Positions 18,558 through 31,130 of a stretch of 64,000 bases of DNA are shown here, piece after piece (position 1 is the stretch's first letter; each line of letters starts with the position of its first letter). The translations under genes and the position numbers were made by a program. The notes beneath the pieces are model-generated. The model was not told the origin of the DNA. It ran no database searches and saw nothing but the letters and a program-made list of their open reading frames with translations. The stretch is taken from NCBI GenBank assembly GCA_027038275.1, contig JALVXC010000182.1:6501-70500 (forward strand), in the 5' to 3' direction. Source of the DNA: Campylobacteraceae bacterium. Its GTDB lineage: Bacteria; Campylobacterota; Campylobacteria; Campylobacterales; Sulfurovaceae.

Positions 18558-20138
18558 ATGTTTGAAAATTTTATAAAAAAAGCCAAAGAAGAGAACAAAT
18601 GTATCTATCTATCAATTGAATCATCAAGCTCATATTGGTCAAAAAAAATGGCTCAAGAGTGTGAGGAAAACAGAAGAGTTAAAGAGCTATTAAAGGAGCG
18701 TTTTATATCGGTAAAAATAGATAAAAATGAACGTCCTGATATTGAGAGATACTATCAAAAAGTCTACTCTCTTATGAATAGACATATAGGAGGAGTTCCT
18801 CTTACTATTTTTTTAACTGAAAACTTACAACCCTTTTATGCTGCCTCTTATATTGCTCCCTATGCTATAGAACAACAACTTGGATTTGAAGAGCTACTTC
18901 GTGTTATCTCTAAAAAGTATATTACAGACTATGAAACACTAAGCAAAAAAGGGCAAGAGGTTTTAAAGTATATAGAGCCTAAAGATGAGCAGATTCAAGC
19001 TACTAAACTCAATTTAAATATCATAAAAACTATTGAAAAACAGACTGTAGAACTTTTAGACAAAGAGTATGGAGGCTTTACTAAAGCCCCAAAATTTCAC
19101 AATGCTACACTCTTAGAACTACTTTTAGATGTCTATCTACTAGAGAACAATCAAAGCATTTTAGATGCTGTTACTCTTACTTTAGACAATATGGCTAAAG
19201 GTGGCTTTTATGATGTTAAAAATGGAGGATTTTTCATCTATGCTACAAAAGAGGATTGGTCTGAATCTTATAATATAAAAATCACTTATGACAATGCTCT
19301 TTTAGCCTCTCTCTACCTTAGAGCATATCAACTAACCCAAAAGGAGGAGTATAAAGAGGTAGCACTAAAAACAATTGATTTTATGATAAACAGAAGAGAA
19401 AACTCAAAACTATTTAAACTTAAAGATGAAAAATACCTCTGTTCATGGAATGCTCTAATGGTCAAAACTCTCTTCAAAGCAGGAGCTATAGATAAGAGAT
19501 ATCATATCTACGCCCTAGAGACATTAGAGGCACTTCTTTCAACTTTTTACCGTAATGGTATGCTTTATCATGTTGAAGAGACAAAAGCCTTTTTAGAGGA
19601 CTATACAGAGTTGGGTGAGGCTCTTATAGTTGCCTATCAATATACGATTGATGAGTCTTTTTTAATTATGGCAACACAATTTTCTAATTTAATAATAGAA
19701 CACTACTACCAACATGCTAAATGGGTTTTCTCAACCAATGAATTTAAGATTCAAGAGACTATTTACGATAAAACTCTACCATCAAGTGTTAGCTCTGCTC
19801 TCTCTCTGCTTTTAAGTATCTCCTCTTTAGTTGATATTAACTACAAAAAATTTGTATTTAAGACACTAGAGCTACACTCTTACAATCTTATGAGACAACC
19901 TATCTCCTCTCCAAAATTAACACAAATGGTGTTACGTTATTTAAAAGATGATGTCATTATTAAATCAAACGTTAATTTGTTAAAAGAAAATATGGACAAA
20001 AGAGATAGAATTAGATATCCTTATATACTATTTAAAAACAGTGATGATAATGCATTTCAACTCTGTAATTCACATAGTTGTTACGCTACAGAACAAAGTT
20101 TTGATAGGATTATATCTCATTTAGAAAGTATTGTATGA
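18558..20138 (+). CDS. YyaL/DUF255-like thioredoxin-domain protein, N-terminally short and lacking the CxxC
   Basis: FISVKIDKNERPDIERYY matches the DUF255 signature. The usual CHWCH position reads SSSYWS. The C-terminal part has a helical (alpha/alpha)6-like composition. Confidence 0.6.
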   Translation: MFENFIKKAKEENKCIYLSIESSSSYWSKKMAQECEENRRVKELLKERFISVKIDKNERPDIERYYQKVYSLMNRHIGGVPLTIFLTENLQPFYAASYIAPYAIEQQLGFEELLRVISKKYITDYETLSKKGQEVLKYIEPKDEQIQATKLNLNIIKTIEKQTVELLDKEYGGFTKAPKFHNATLLELLLDVYLLENNQSILDAVTLTLDNMAKGGFYDVKNGGFFIYATKEDWSESYNIKITYDNALLASLYLRAYQLTQKEEYKEVALKTIDFMINRRENSKLFKLKDEKYLCSWNALMVKTLFKAGAIDKRYHIYALETLEALLSTFYRNGMLYHVEETKAFLEDYTELGEALIVAYQYTIDESFLIMATQFSNLIIEHYYQHAKWVFSTNEFKIQETIYDKTLPSSVSSALSLLLSISSLVDINYKKFVFKTLELHSYNLMRQPISSPKLTQMVLRYLKDDVIIKSNVNLLKENMDKRDRIRYPYILFKNSDDNAFQLCNSHSCYATEQSFDRIISHLESIV

Positions 20139-20809
20139 AACTATTAAAATATATTGTCTCTATTTCTCTTATATTTATCTTATCTGCTTGTGTTTCAAAT
20201 AGCACACCAACCACTACCCCTAAACCAAAAGAGATAGATAATAATAGAAGCAAAGACTCTTATGCCTATTTAGGAGAGCTAACTCCAGCTCAAGAGGTTG
20301 TAAAAAATGAACTCATTGCCTATTTAAATGACCTTGAGAACTTCAATATTGATTCTATTGTCAATAAAACCTATCCACAACTTTTTAATGTCATCAATAA
20401 ACAGCACTTTCGTCAATATATCTCAACTATGATGAACTCAAAAGATATTGTTGTGCAAGAATATGATACTAATATAACTAAAATAGGTGAAGTTAAAGCA
20501 CTTTCTAATGGAATAGAGTTTTGTCAAGTTGACTACGATAGTAATGCTAAGATTTTACTACTTAATGAGAATATATATAATACAGAGACAAGCATGAACT
20601 ATCTCTATGATATTCTTATTCATAAGTATGGAAGAAAAAATGTAAGCTTTAATATCAAAAAACGTACTATAGAAATTAAAAGAGGTGAGAAGATGATTCT
20701 TATAAAAGAGAGAGATAAACCATGGAAGTTTATTGGTGACAATCTTAAATATAGACAAATTTACTATAGTGTATTGCCACCTGAAATTTTAAACAATTTA
20801 GATAAATAA
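20135..20809 (+). CDS. lipoprotein, function unknown
   Basis: Lipobox LIFILSAC. The start overlaps the upstream stop (ATGA). Confidence 0.5.
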   Translation: MKLLKYIVSISLIFILSACVSNSTPTTTPKPKEIDNNRSKDSYAYLGELTPAQEVVKNELIAYLNDLENFNIDSIVNKTYPQLFNVINKQHFRQYISTMMNSKDIVVQEYDTNITKIGEVKALSNGIEFCQVDYDSNAKILLLNENIYNTETSMNYLYDILIHKYGRKNVSFNIKKRTIEIKRGEKMILIKERDKPWKFIGDNLKYRQIYYSVLPPEILNNLDK

Positions 20810-20857
20810 ATTTTTATATTTGTTTTTAATATTCAATAAAAATAAGCCTAAAAAAGA

Positions 20858-21712
20858 CTATTTCACAGATGCTTCATACATCTTTACAGCTTTGTTCATA
20901 TTTTTAAGTAAAGGCATATTCATCTCCTCTGCTTTTTTTAGTGAAGCATCAGATGTATCTGCTTTAACTACAATATCTTTATAATCAGACCAAAGTTTAG
21001 CTACAACACCAAGTTGAGCTTTAATCTTCTCATCTTTACATTTATCAGTTAAATCTTTAAGTGTACTTTCAAAAAGTTCAGCTGTTTTTTTAGCATTTGC
21101 TTTATTAGCTTCAGCATCAATCCCATTTGCAACCAAAAGAAGCTCTTTTGTCATTTTTTGAGTTAGCATTCTTTGCTTACCTGCACGATTAATAGTACTC
21201 GCCATCTCTGGACTAAGTTTTGAACCACTTGCTTTTGCATACATCTGAACAGCTTGGTTCATATTTTTAAGTAGAGGTAGGTTCTCTTTTGCAATCGATT
21301 CAAGTGCTTTTTTATCAACTTTTCCACTTGCTATTACATCAATACTCTTTTTCATAGAAGCCCAAAGTTCAGATACTTTTTTAAGTTGAGCCAAAATATC
21401 CTTATCTGTTGTTTTTGGAAGATTTAACTCACTATCTCCATCTACTAAACCTTTAAGTGTTTTGTCAAATAGAGCCTCTGTTTTTTTAAGAGCTTCAATA
21501 TTTGCTTTTGTATCAATACCTTTAGCAATAAAGAGAGCCTCTTTACTCATTTTTTGAGTTAACATTCTCTGTTTTCCTGCTAGGTTAATAACATTAGCCC
21601 CCTGCTCTTTTGTCTGTTTTACCTCTGTTTTTGCATCTGCTTTTGGAGCATCTGCTTGAACCCCTAATGTTAAACAAGCACTCAATGCAACAATGGATAA
21701 TACTCTTTTCAT
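20858..21712 (-). CDS. periplasmic protein with two tandem PilJ/NarX-type sensor-like four-helix modules
   Basis: Signal peptide. The motif GKQRMLTQKM(S/T)KE occurs twice, and LPLLKNMN(Q/K)AV(Q/K)MY occurs twice (internal duplication). Confidence 0.6.
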   Translation of the reverse strand: MKRVLSIVALSACLTLGVQADAPKADAKTEVKQTKEQGANVINLAGKQRMLTQKMSKEALFIAKGIDTKANIEALKKTEALFDKTLKGLVDGDSELNLPKTTDKDILAQLKKVSELWASMKKSIDVIASGKVDKKALESIAKENLPLLKNMNQAVQMYAKASGSKLSPEMASTINRAGKQRMLTQKMTKELLLVANGIDAEANKANAKKTAELFESTLKDLTDKCKDEKIKAQLGVVAKLWSDYKDIVVKADTSDASLKKAEEMNMPLLKNMNKAVKMYEASVK

Positions 21713-21845
21713 AAAAATTTCCTTTTTTAATTTGATAATTTGTCTTTATGTAAATCATAAAGATAATTAATATATCAGGAAAAGGCTTTAATGATTAATA
21801 TTTTATATTTAAATAATATATATCATCTTAAGATATTACAAAATG

Positions 21846-22232
21846 TTACTGCGTAAGTAAAGAAACCTTAGTAAATCCACTCTGCTTAGCAACTTTTAAG
21901 AGCGTAACAACATGCTCATAAGCTATCTCTTTATCAGCATTTATAAAAACTACCTGCTTCTTGTCAATATCTCCCGTCTTTAAACGAAAAGCATCAGGAA
22001 AACTCTCTAGGGTAAACTCATCGTCTTTGTAGTGTACTGTTAAGTCTTTTGTAATGCGTATAGTCAAGGCTTTAGCATCACTTACAGCAGATTTTTTAGA
22101 GCCATCTGGTAGATTAATCTTCTCTTCATAGTGCATAACAGGTATAGTAATCATAAAGATAGCCATAAGCACTAACATAACATCAATAAGAGGGGTAATG
22201 TTTAAATCAGGTGCTTCATCCCACTCATACAT
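21846..22232 (-). CDS. ExbD/TolR family biopolymer transport protein
   Basis: NITPLIDVMLVLMAIFMIT single TM and a 128-aa size. Confidence 0.8.
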   Translation of the reverse strand: MYEWDEAPDLNITPLIDVMLVLMAIFMITIPVMHYEEKINLPDGSKKSAVSDAKALTIRITKDLTVHYKDDEFTLESFPDAFRLKTGDIDKKQVVFINADKEIAYEHVVTLLKVAKQSGFTKVSLLTQ

Positions 22233-22235
22233 ATC

Positions 22236-22823
22236 TTACGCCTTTTGAGAGAGAATTAAGTCTGCTTGACTCTCTAACATCACATTTAACTCATAAGCTT
22301 TACGTTTTAAGATAAGATGGAAAGAGTAGGCAAATGTTGCCACAGCAATACCTGCTGCTGTTGCTACTAGTGCCTCAGAAATTGCAGGAGCAACAATGGC
22401 AATAGAAGTTCCACCACTTTGATGACCAAGTTTAGCAAAGGTCTCCAAAATGGCTACAACAGTACCGAAAAGTCCAATAAATGGAGAAGTAGAAGCAATA
22501 ATAGATAGTGCAGTAAGTCCACTTGTTGCTGACTTTACAGCAGATTTTATGGCAACATCAAAAATTGCTCTGTTTGGAACTAATACTTTGGCTAAAAATG
22601 GATGAAGTAGAGAACTCTTTTCAACTGTTTTAGAACGACCCATATAGAGTTTTTTTAGAGAAATCTCCTCTCTTATCATACGGCTCTTTAAAGAGAAGTA
22701 GCGATATATAAAAATCCAAAGTACCAAAAATAGATAGAGTGATAGTATAGATAAAACAAAAATAGTAATAGCAGAGCTTTTATCTAAATAGGTAGAAAGG
22801 CTATCAAAAAGTCCCATAAACAT
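22236..22823 (-). CDS. MotA/TolQ/ExbB proton-channel protein
   Basis: Three TM helices and the [17 protein letters not shown] motif. It lies upstream of the ExbD-like gene and downstream of atpC, as in other Campylobacterota. Confidence 0.8.
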   Translation of the reverse strand: MFMGLFDSLSTYLDKSSAITIFVLSILSLYLFLVLWIFIYRYFSLKSRMIREEISLKKLYMGRSKTVEKSSLLHPFLAKVLVPNRAIFDVAIKSAVKSATSGLTALSIIASTSPFIGLFGTVVAILETFAKLGHQSGGTSIAIVAPAISEALVATAAGIAVATFAYSFHLILKRKAYELNVMLESQADLILSQKA

Positions 22824-22907
22824 TTCCCTTTTTATATAATTAAAGAAAATATTATCATATTTGTCCTCTGTATGGGCTTGAAAAGGTAGTGGAAAGTAAA
22901 AAAATAT

Positions 22908-22933
22908 CCGTAGGGTGCGATTGCCATCGCACC
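22908..22933. repeat. GC-rich palindromic element, copy A (CCGTAGGGTGCGATTGCCATCGCACC); possible atpC terminator
   Basis: 8-bp stem GGTGCGAT/ATCGCACC, 15 nt past the atpC stop. Near-identical inverted copy at 51832-51857. Confidence 0.6.
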
Positions 22934-22948
22934 AATAAAGAGTAAATA

Positions 22949-23326
22949 CTACTTAATACTCTCTACTTTAGAGATAGCAGCAGCAATAGTAGTACTAGAA
23001 GATTGAGCTTTTTCTAATAACTCTTTTGCTTCGCCAATGGCTTTTGCAAGGTTTGTATCGTCTCCTGAAAGTGCAACAGCACCATCAACCATACAAAGAG
23101 TCTTCTCCTCATCAACCTTTACATAACCACCATTTACAGCAACAGAAACCTCTTTGTTATCTTTACGCTCAATAGTAATTACCCCTGTATCTAAAAGAGA
23201 AACAACAGCAGCGTGTCCAGCCAAAACACCAAACTCACCTTCGCTACCTGGTAGCGTAACCTGTTTTACATCATCATCGAAAATGACACCATCAGGTGTC
23301 ACAATCTCAAGTTTCATGAGTTCCAT
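22949..23326 (-). CDS. atpC: F1 ATP synthase epsilon subunit
   Basis: 125 aa, LEIVTPDG...[15 protein letters not shown], located downstream of atpD. Confidence 0.9.
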   Translation of the reverse strand: MELMKLEIVTPDGVIFDDDVKQVTLPGSEGEFGVLAGHAAVVSLLDTGVITIERKDNKEVSVAVNGGYVKVDEEKTLCMVDGAVALSGDDTNLAKAIGEAKELLEKAQSSSTTIAAAISKVESIK

Positions 23327-23343
23327 AATTAAACTCCTTCCAC

Positions 23344-25645
<2,302 letters not shown>

Positions 25646-25657
25646 AATTTAGCCCTC

Positions 25658-27172
25658 TTATGCTGAAAAAGATTCTTTGAAATCTTCAATTGCTTTTTTC
25701 AACTCTGCTTCATTATCATCAGTGATTTTTTTCTCATCTCTAATGCTTTCAAGAACAGAAGCGTATTTTGCATCCATAAATGGATATAGTTCAGCTTCAA
25801 ACTTAGTTACGGCATTAACAGGAATATCATCGAGATAACCATTGACACCTGCATAAATCATAACAACTTGCTTCTCAATTGGAATTGGAGAGTATGGTCC
25901 TTGTTTAAGAACTTCAACCATTCTACCACCTCTTTCAAGTTGAGCTCTACTATGCTCATCTAGGTCAGAGGCAAACTGTGCAAATGCTTGGAGTTCACGA
26001 TAAGCAGCAAGGTCTAGTCTAAGTGTACCTGCAACTTGTTTAGTAGCTTTAATCTGTGCAGCACCACCAACACGTGAAACTGAAAGTCCAACGTTAATCG
26101 CAGGTCTAACACCTGAGTTAAAGAGGTCAGTCTCAAGGAAAATCTGTCCATCAGTAATTGAAATTACGTTTGTTGGAATGTACGCTGCAACATCACCTGC
26201 TTGTGTTTCAATAATTGGGAAGGCTGTAATTGAACCTGCACCATTTTCATCACTAAGTTTAGCAGCACGTTCTAGAAGTCTTGAGTGTAGATAGAAAACA
26301 TCCCCTGGATAAGCTTCACGACCTGGAGGTCTTCTTAAGATAAGTGACATCTCACGATATGCAACAGCATGTTTTGAAAGGTCATCATAAAAGATAACAG
26401 CATGTCTACTAGAGTTCATGTAGTACTCTGCTAATGTAACACCTGCATAAGGAGCTAAAAATTGGAATGCTGATGAGTCAGATGCAGAAGCATTAACAAT
26501 AATTGTGTACTCCATCGCGCCAGCCTCTTCAAGTCTCTTTACAATAGATGCAACAGTTGATTGTTTTTGACCAATTGCTACATATACACAGATAACATCT
26601 TGACCTTTTTGGTTAATGATAGTATCAATTGCTAATGTTGTCTTACCTGTTTGTCTGTCACCAATAATAAGCTCTCTTTGCCCACGTCCAACTGGTACAA
26701 GTGCATCAATCGCTTTAATACCAGTTTGAAGTGGCTCATGAACCGATTTTCTAGCCATAATTCCTGGTGCTTTTGTCTCAATAAGTTGTGACTCTGTTAC
26801 TTCAATTGGACCTTTACCATCAACTGGCTCTCCAAGTGGGTTAACAACACGACCTACCATTGCATCACCAACAGGCATTTTAAGTAGTTCACCTGTTCTC
26901 TTAACACTCATTCCCTCAACGATTCCTGCCATTGACCCAAGAACAACAATACCTACACTCGCCTCCTCAAGGTTAAGAACCATTCCAGGAACACCTGTCT
27001 CAAACTCTACTACCTCTCCAGCCATAACATTGTTAAGACCATATACAGATGTAATTCCATCTGCAACACCTACTACTTTACCAACTTCGTTGATATCTAC
27101 ATCAATCTCAAAATTCGCGATTCTCTCTTTGATTATTGAAGAGATTTCGTCTGCTTGTAATTTGTTTGCCAC
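25658..27172 (-). CDS. atpA: F1 ATP synthase alpha subunit
   Basis: GDRQTGKT Walker A and overall alpha-subunit motifs. Confidence 0.97.
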   Translation of the reverse strand: MANKLQADEISSIIKERIANFEIDVDINEVGKVVGVADGITSVYGLNNVMAGEVVEFETGVPGMVLNLEEASVGIVVLGSMAGIVEGMSVKRTGELLKMPVGDAMVGRVVNPLGEPVDGKGPIEVTESQLIETKAPGIMARKSVHEPLQTGIKAIDALVPVGRGQRELIIGDRQTGKTTLAIDTIINQKGQDVICVYVAIGQKQSTVASIVKRLEEAGAMEYTIIVNASASDSSAFQFLAPYAGVTLAEYYMNSSRHAVIFYDDLSKHAVAYREMSLILRRPPGREAYPGDVFYLHSRLLERAAKLSDENGAGSITAFPIIETQAGDVAAYIPTNVISITDGQIFLETDLFNSGVRPAINVGLSVSRVGGAAQIKATKQVAGTLRLDLAAYRELQAFAQFASDLDEHSRAQLERGGRMVEVLKQGPYSPIPIEKQVVMIYAGVNGYLDDIPVNAVTKFEAELYPFMDAKYASVLESIRDEKKITDDNEAELKKAIEDFKESFSA

Positions 27173-27199
27173 TGCAACTCCTTCCGTTAGATTACTTTT

Positions 27200-27733
27200 T
27201 TATAATGATTTTTTAATGAAATCAATTAACTGTTCTTTAACTCTCTGCTTAGAGAAGTTTACCTCAATACCCAAGTCTTCGACTGAGACTTTAATCCCAT
27301 CAACATCTGATACCTCTTGAGTTAATTCAATATTAGCTCCATTAGTATAGGCTGACAAAGATTTCTGTAACTCTTTAAGCTCTGCTGCTTTAAGTTTAGA
27401 ACTTGATGTCACAACACCTTCATATTTATTGGTTTCAGTTTGAATAGCTTGTTTTAAAACTTTTGCAATTGTTGGCAAAAGGTCTAGGCGACCATTCTCT
27501 CCAACAATTTTAATAAAGTTTATTAATTTACCATCTGCTTTTCCTAGACTCTCAACTACCATTGAAGTCTTTGCTTCATTAGAAATTAATGGAGAAGATA
27601 ACTTCTCAACAACAGTTGAATCTGAAAATGCCTCTGTCATAGCTAAGAGTATTTTAGAAAAATCAGCTCTCTCTTTTTTATCAGTTGAGCCAACAAGTGC
27701 ATTGACATATCGTTTAGCAATTAACTCTTCCAT
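27200..27733 (-). CDS. atpH: F1 ATP synthase delta (OSCP) subunit
   Basis: 177 aa, IAKRYVNAL start, positioned between atpF and atpA. Confidence 0.85.
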   Translation of the reverse strand: MEELIAKRYVNALVGSTDKKERADFSKILLAMTEAFSDSTVVEKLSSPLISNEAKTSMVVESLGKADGKLINFIKIVGENGRLDLLPTIAKVLKQAIQTETNKYEGVVTSSSKLKAAELKELQKSLSAYTNGANIELTQEVSDVDGIKVSVEDLGIEVNFSKQRVKEQLIDFIKKSL

Positions 27734-28266
27734 TATGCAACCTTATTTGAGATTAGCGAGATAACTTTAGACTCATCTACTGTAATGTCATCATTAGTAA
27801 TTCCACTGTTAAGTACTTCATCTATTGTGCTTCTCATCGCTTTTTTAGTTTCTAGTTCTTGCTTTTCAAGAGCTTGTTTCTCTAATTGATTAAGAAGAGC
27901 AGCATTTTTTTCAGCAATATTAGAAGCTAAAATTTTAGCCTCATTAGCAGCATCTGCTACTAACTCTTTTGCTTTCTCTTGGGCTTTAGCCAAATTCTCC
28001 TCTGCTGCTAAACGCTCATTTTTAGAAGCTTGAAGTTTTGCTTCAATCTCTTTTAGTTGGTTAGCAATCCCTTGGGAACGTCCTACAAAAAACGCTTTAA
28101 TAGGATTAGCAACCAAATAATAGATAAGTCCTGCAAAAATAGTAAAGTTTAAAACTCTATATTTAAAATCAGAATCAAACATGGTTACATGGTGTTCACC
28201 ATGACTAGCTAATACCAGTGAAGGTACTAAAACTGTTGCGATTAACGCAATATTTTTAATTCTCAT
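27733..28266 (-). CDS. atpF: Fo ATP synthase subunit b
   Basis: Single N-terminal TM plus a long Ala/Glu/Lys coiled coil, at the expected operon position. Confidence 0.75.
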   Translation of the reverse strand: MRIKNIALIATVLVPSLVLASHGEHHVTMFDSDFKYRVLNFTIFAGLIYYLVANPIKAFFVGRSQGIANQLKEIEAKLQASKNERLAAEENLAKAQEKAKELVADAANEAKILASNIAEKNAALLNQLEKQALEKQELETKKAMRSTIDEVLNSGITNDDITVDESKVISLISNKVA

Positions 28267-28274
28267 TATCTCTC

Positions 28275-28697
28275 CTACAAGCTACTTAATTTAGAGTGTA
28301 AAGTCTCTTTAAACATTGGTAGCTCAGCAGACAATGATTTTTTAAGTTTCTCTTGCTCTGCTTTAAGTTCTGCTAAAAAAGTTGCATTACTTGCTTCGAG
28401 TTCTTTCACTTTACTCTCTATTTTGCTCTCTGCCAAAGCTTTTGCTTCAGAAGTAGCTTTCTCTCTAATTGCATTTGCTTCAGCTTTTGCTGTAGCTAAG
28501 ATTTCATCAGCTTTTGCATTTAGTCCACTGCTGTTATCTACCATCTCTTCTGCATTTTTTAAATCCTTTGCAATTGTCGCATCTCTGTCGTCCATAAACT
28601 TTAAAAGAGGCTGAAAAAGCATTGTATTTAATAAAAATAGAAGAGAGAAGAAAACAACTAGAACAAACAACATTAAACCAGGATTCAAGTCAAGCAT
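28275..28697 (-). CDS. Fo ATP synthase subunit b'
   Basis: 140 aa with an N-terminal TM (LMLFVLVVFFSLLFLL) and a coiled coil. It is the first gene of the atpF'FHAGDC cluster. Confidence 0.7.
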   Translation of the reverse strand: MLDLNPGLMLFVLVVFFSLLFLLNTMLFQPLLKFMDDRDATIAKDLKNAEEMVDNSSGLNAKADEILATAKAEANAIREKATSEAKALAESKIESKVKELEASNATFLAELKAEQEKLKKSLSAELPMFKETLHSKLSSL

Positions 28698-28781
28698 TCA
28701 AACTCCTCCAAAAAATTTTGCGTATTATATCTTGGATAAAGTAATGATTTGATTAATATTTTGTTATAACAGGGGGATTTC

Positions 28782-28806
28782 AAACGCTTCTCTAAAGAGA
28801 GCGTTT
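28782..28806. terminator. 10-bp bulged hairpin downstream of parB (putative terminator)
   Basis: AAACGCT(T)CTC-TAAA-GAGAGCGTTT lies 7 nt past the parB stop. The U-tract is weak. Confidence 0.35.
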
Positions 28807-28812
28807 ATATGT

Positions 28813-29670
28813 CTATTTTGGTAACATATTGAGAAATTTCTCTATCTCTTCTGCATTTTTGAAATTAATTTCCAATGAATTATTTTTTACTTTAAAATCA
28901 AAAGGTAGATACTCTTTTATCTTCTTTTTATAACTTCTTATAAAATATTCTTTTTTAGGCACAGAATTAAAAGTATGCTCATCATCAGTTAATTTTCTAT
29001 TTTTTACCAAGAGTTCACTCTCTCTAACCGATAGTTTTTGACCAACAATAGTATCAACTAAAATTTTCTGCTCTTTCTCATTGAAACCAACCAAAACTTT
29101 TGCATGACCTTGCGATATAATCCCATTAATAAGTTTATTTTGAACATAACTAGATAGAGATAAAAGTCTAATTGTATTGGTAATCTGAGAACGACTCTTG
29201 TTGACTACAGAGGAGAGTTCATCATGAGTAATATCATACACCTTTATAAGCTCATCATAGGAGTGTGCTAACTCTATAGCATTTAAATCTTCACGTTGAA
29301 TATTTTCAATAAGTGCTAACTCACGAAGTTTTACATCATCAATATCTACATCAGCCACTACAGCTCGAATAGTCTCTAAAGCTGCTAACTTATGAGCGCG
29401 TAATCTTCTCTCTCCTGCAACTAATAGATACCCATCATCTTTTTCAATAACTACAATAGGTTGCAAAAGACCATGACGAGATATTGACTCGCTTAACTCT
29501 TGAAGTGCCTCTTGATTAAAAGTTTTTCTTGGTTGGTATGGATTTGGAGAGATTTTATTAACATCTATCTCTCGTATAGAGTCACTATCATAAGTAGATG
29601 AACCTATTTCACTTTCATAAGCTTGACCAACCTCTTCTAATATTGCCCCTAGTCCTCTACCTAATGCCAT
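28813..29670 (-). CDS. parB: chromosome partitioning protein ParB/Spo0J
   Basis: PNPYQPRK, GERRLRA and LIENIQREDL motifs. Confidence 0.93.
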   Translation of the reverse strand: MALGRGLGAILEEVGQAYESEIGSSTYDSDSIREIDVNKISPNPYQPRKTFNQEALQELSESISRHGLLQPIVVIEKDDGYLLVAGERRLRAHKLAALETIRAVVADVDIDDVKLRELALIENIQREDLNAIELAHSYDELIKVYDITHDELSSVVNKSRSQITNTIRLLSLSSYVQNKLINGIISQGHAKVLVGFNEKEQKILVDTIVGQKLSVRESELLVKNRKLTDDEHTFNSVPKKEYFIRSYKKKIKEYLPFDFKVKNNSLEINFKNAEEIEKFLNMLPK

Positions 29671-29673
29671 CTC

Positions 29674-30498
29674 TTAGCCTTTAACTTTACTTGATGTTTG
29701 TCTCTTTGTTTTCTTTTCAGCTTTTACAATTGATTTAGCCAAATCAAAATAGGCAGTAGCCCCTTTAGATTTTTTTGCATACTCTGTTACAGGCTTTCCA
29801 TAACTTGGAGACTCTGCAACTTTAATATTTCTAGGTACTATTAACACCTCTTTTTTCTTAGTTAAAAAGAGCTTCTCTTTAAAGTGATGAGATAAATCTT
29901 CTAAAACCTGCTTTGAAAGATTATTCTGAGAAGAGTACATAGTTGGTAAAAAACCTTTAATAGTTAATTTAGGATTAATAGACCTCTTCAGAAGATTAAT
30001 AGTGTTAAGCAACTGTGCCAAACCCTCTAGTGCAAAGAACTCACACTGAATAGGAATAATAACCGAATCAGCAGCTCCTAGAGAGTTGATAGTAATAGGA
30101 CCTAAAGCAGGAGGAGAATCAATTAAGATGTAGTCATAGTTCTTCTTAATAGGTTGAATTGCTTTTCTTAATAGAAGCTCACGATTCTCTTTTTTAGGAT
30201 TATAAAACTCTTTTTCAATTCCAACCAAACCTATATTTGCAGGAACAATATCAAGGTTTTTAAAATTAGAACTTAAAATAACATCTGACATCTTTTTTAT
30301 ACCAATTAGAACATGATATATATTGTACTCATAATCGTTACGATTGAAGCCTAAACTTGTAGTAGCATTTGTTTGAGGGTCGGCATCAATTACAAGAACT
30401 TTTTTACCATTTTGTGCTAATGCAGCTCCAAGATTAACAGCTGTTGTAGTCTTTCCTACACCACCCTTCTGATTTGCTATTGTTATTACTTCACTCAT
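29674..30498 (-). CDS. parA: chromosome partitioning ATPase ParA/Soj
   Basis: Deviant Walker A NQKGGVGKTT and DSPPALG. Confidence 0.93.
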   Translation of the reverse strand: MSEVITIANQKGGVGKTTTAVNLGAALAQNGKKVLVIDADPQTNATTSLGFNRNDYEYNIYHVLIGIKKMSDVILSSNFKNLDIVPANIGLVGIEKEFYNPKKENRELLLRKAIQPIKKNYDYILIDSPPALGPITINSLGAADSVIIPIQCEFFALEGLAQLLNTINLLKRSINPKLTIKGFLPTMYSSQNNLSKQVLEDLSHHFKEKLFLTKKKEVLIVPRNIKVAESPSYGKPVTEYAKKSKGATAYFDLAKSIVKAEKKTKRQTSSKVKG

Positions 30499-31130
30499 CT
30501 TATACTATATACTCTCTTCTTGTCAATTATTAGTGAACCATCTTCCAATAAAATCGCTTTTTCAAGAGATTTTAATTCACCATCTATATGGGCAAAGTAC
30601 CCTTTATTTCTGTAAAATTCTATCCTATATAGACTAAATATTTGCTTCCATGTTGGATACTTTTTTAATGCCTGTAGATACTTACTTAATAAATTTATTG
30701 GCTCAACATTGAGATTTAAGGCTTCAAAGAGATTTGATTTTTTTTGTAAATTTACACCTATTCCACAGATAAGAATATTATCTATTTTTTTTGTTATAGT
30801 TCCACCAATTTTTGATGAATTTTGGTATAAATCATTGGGCCATTTCAGCCAAATATCTTCACTTTTCTCTTTAAGTATCTCTTTCATAATAAATGAAAAG
30901 TAGATAGAGGCAGAACTTAAAGGTAAATCTTTTGGCAAATCTTCAATATTTACTGCAAAAGAGAAAAAGAGATTTCCCTCTCCTCCCTCCCAAGAGTTAT
31001 CTCTACTACCAATCCCTGCTGTCTGCTCTTTAGCCACTACACATATTGGAGCTGTTAGAGTCCCATTTTTTATCTGCTTAATTAAGTAAAGTTGAGTAGA
31101 CTCTAAACTATTAAAAGAGAGTATTTCCAA
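30495..31130 (-). CDS. birA: biotin--[acetyl-CoA-carboxylase] ligase (no HTH domain)
   Basis: EQTAGIGSRDNSWEGGEGNLFFS corresponds to the GRGRxGRxW region. KWPNDL is also present. Confidence 0.85.
   Translation of the reverse strand: MEILSFNSLESTQLYLIKQIKNGTLTAPICVVAKEQTAGIGSRDNSWEGGEGNLFFSFAVNIEDLPKDLPLSSASIYFSFIMKEILKEKSEDIWLKWPNDLYQNSSKIGGTITKKIDNILICGIGVNLQKKSNLFEALNLNVEPINLLSKYLQALKKYPTWKQIFSLYRIEFYRNKGYFAHIDGELKSLEKAILLEDGSLIIDKKRVYSIR

Noticed and set aside
28698-29700. Search for a parS site (TGTTNCACGTGAAACA) near parAB. The closest CACGTG-containing site I saw is inside atpD (~23655-23675).
   Set aside because: Only one half-site matches (GTGCAACA). No convincing parS was found by eye, so a proper pattern search is needed.
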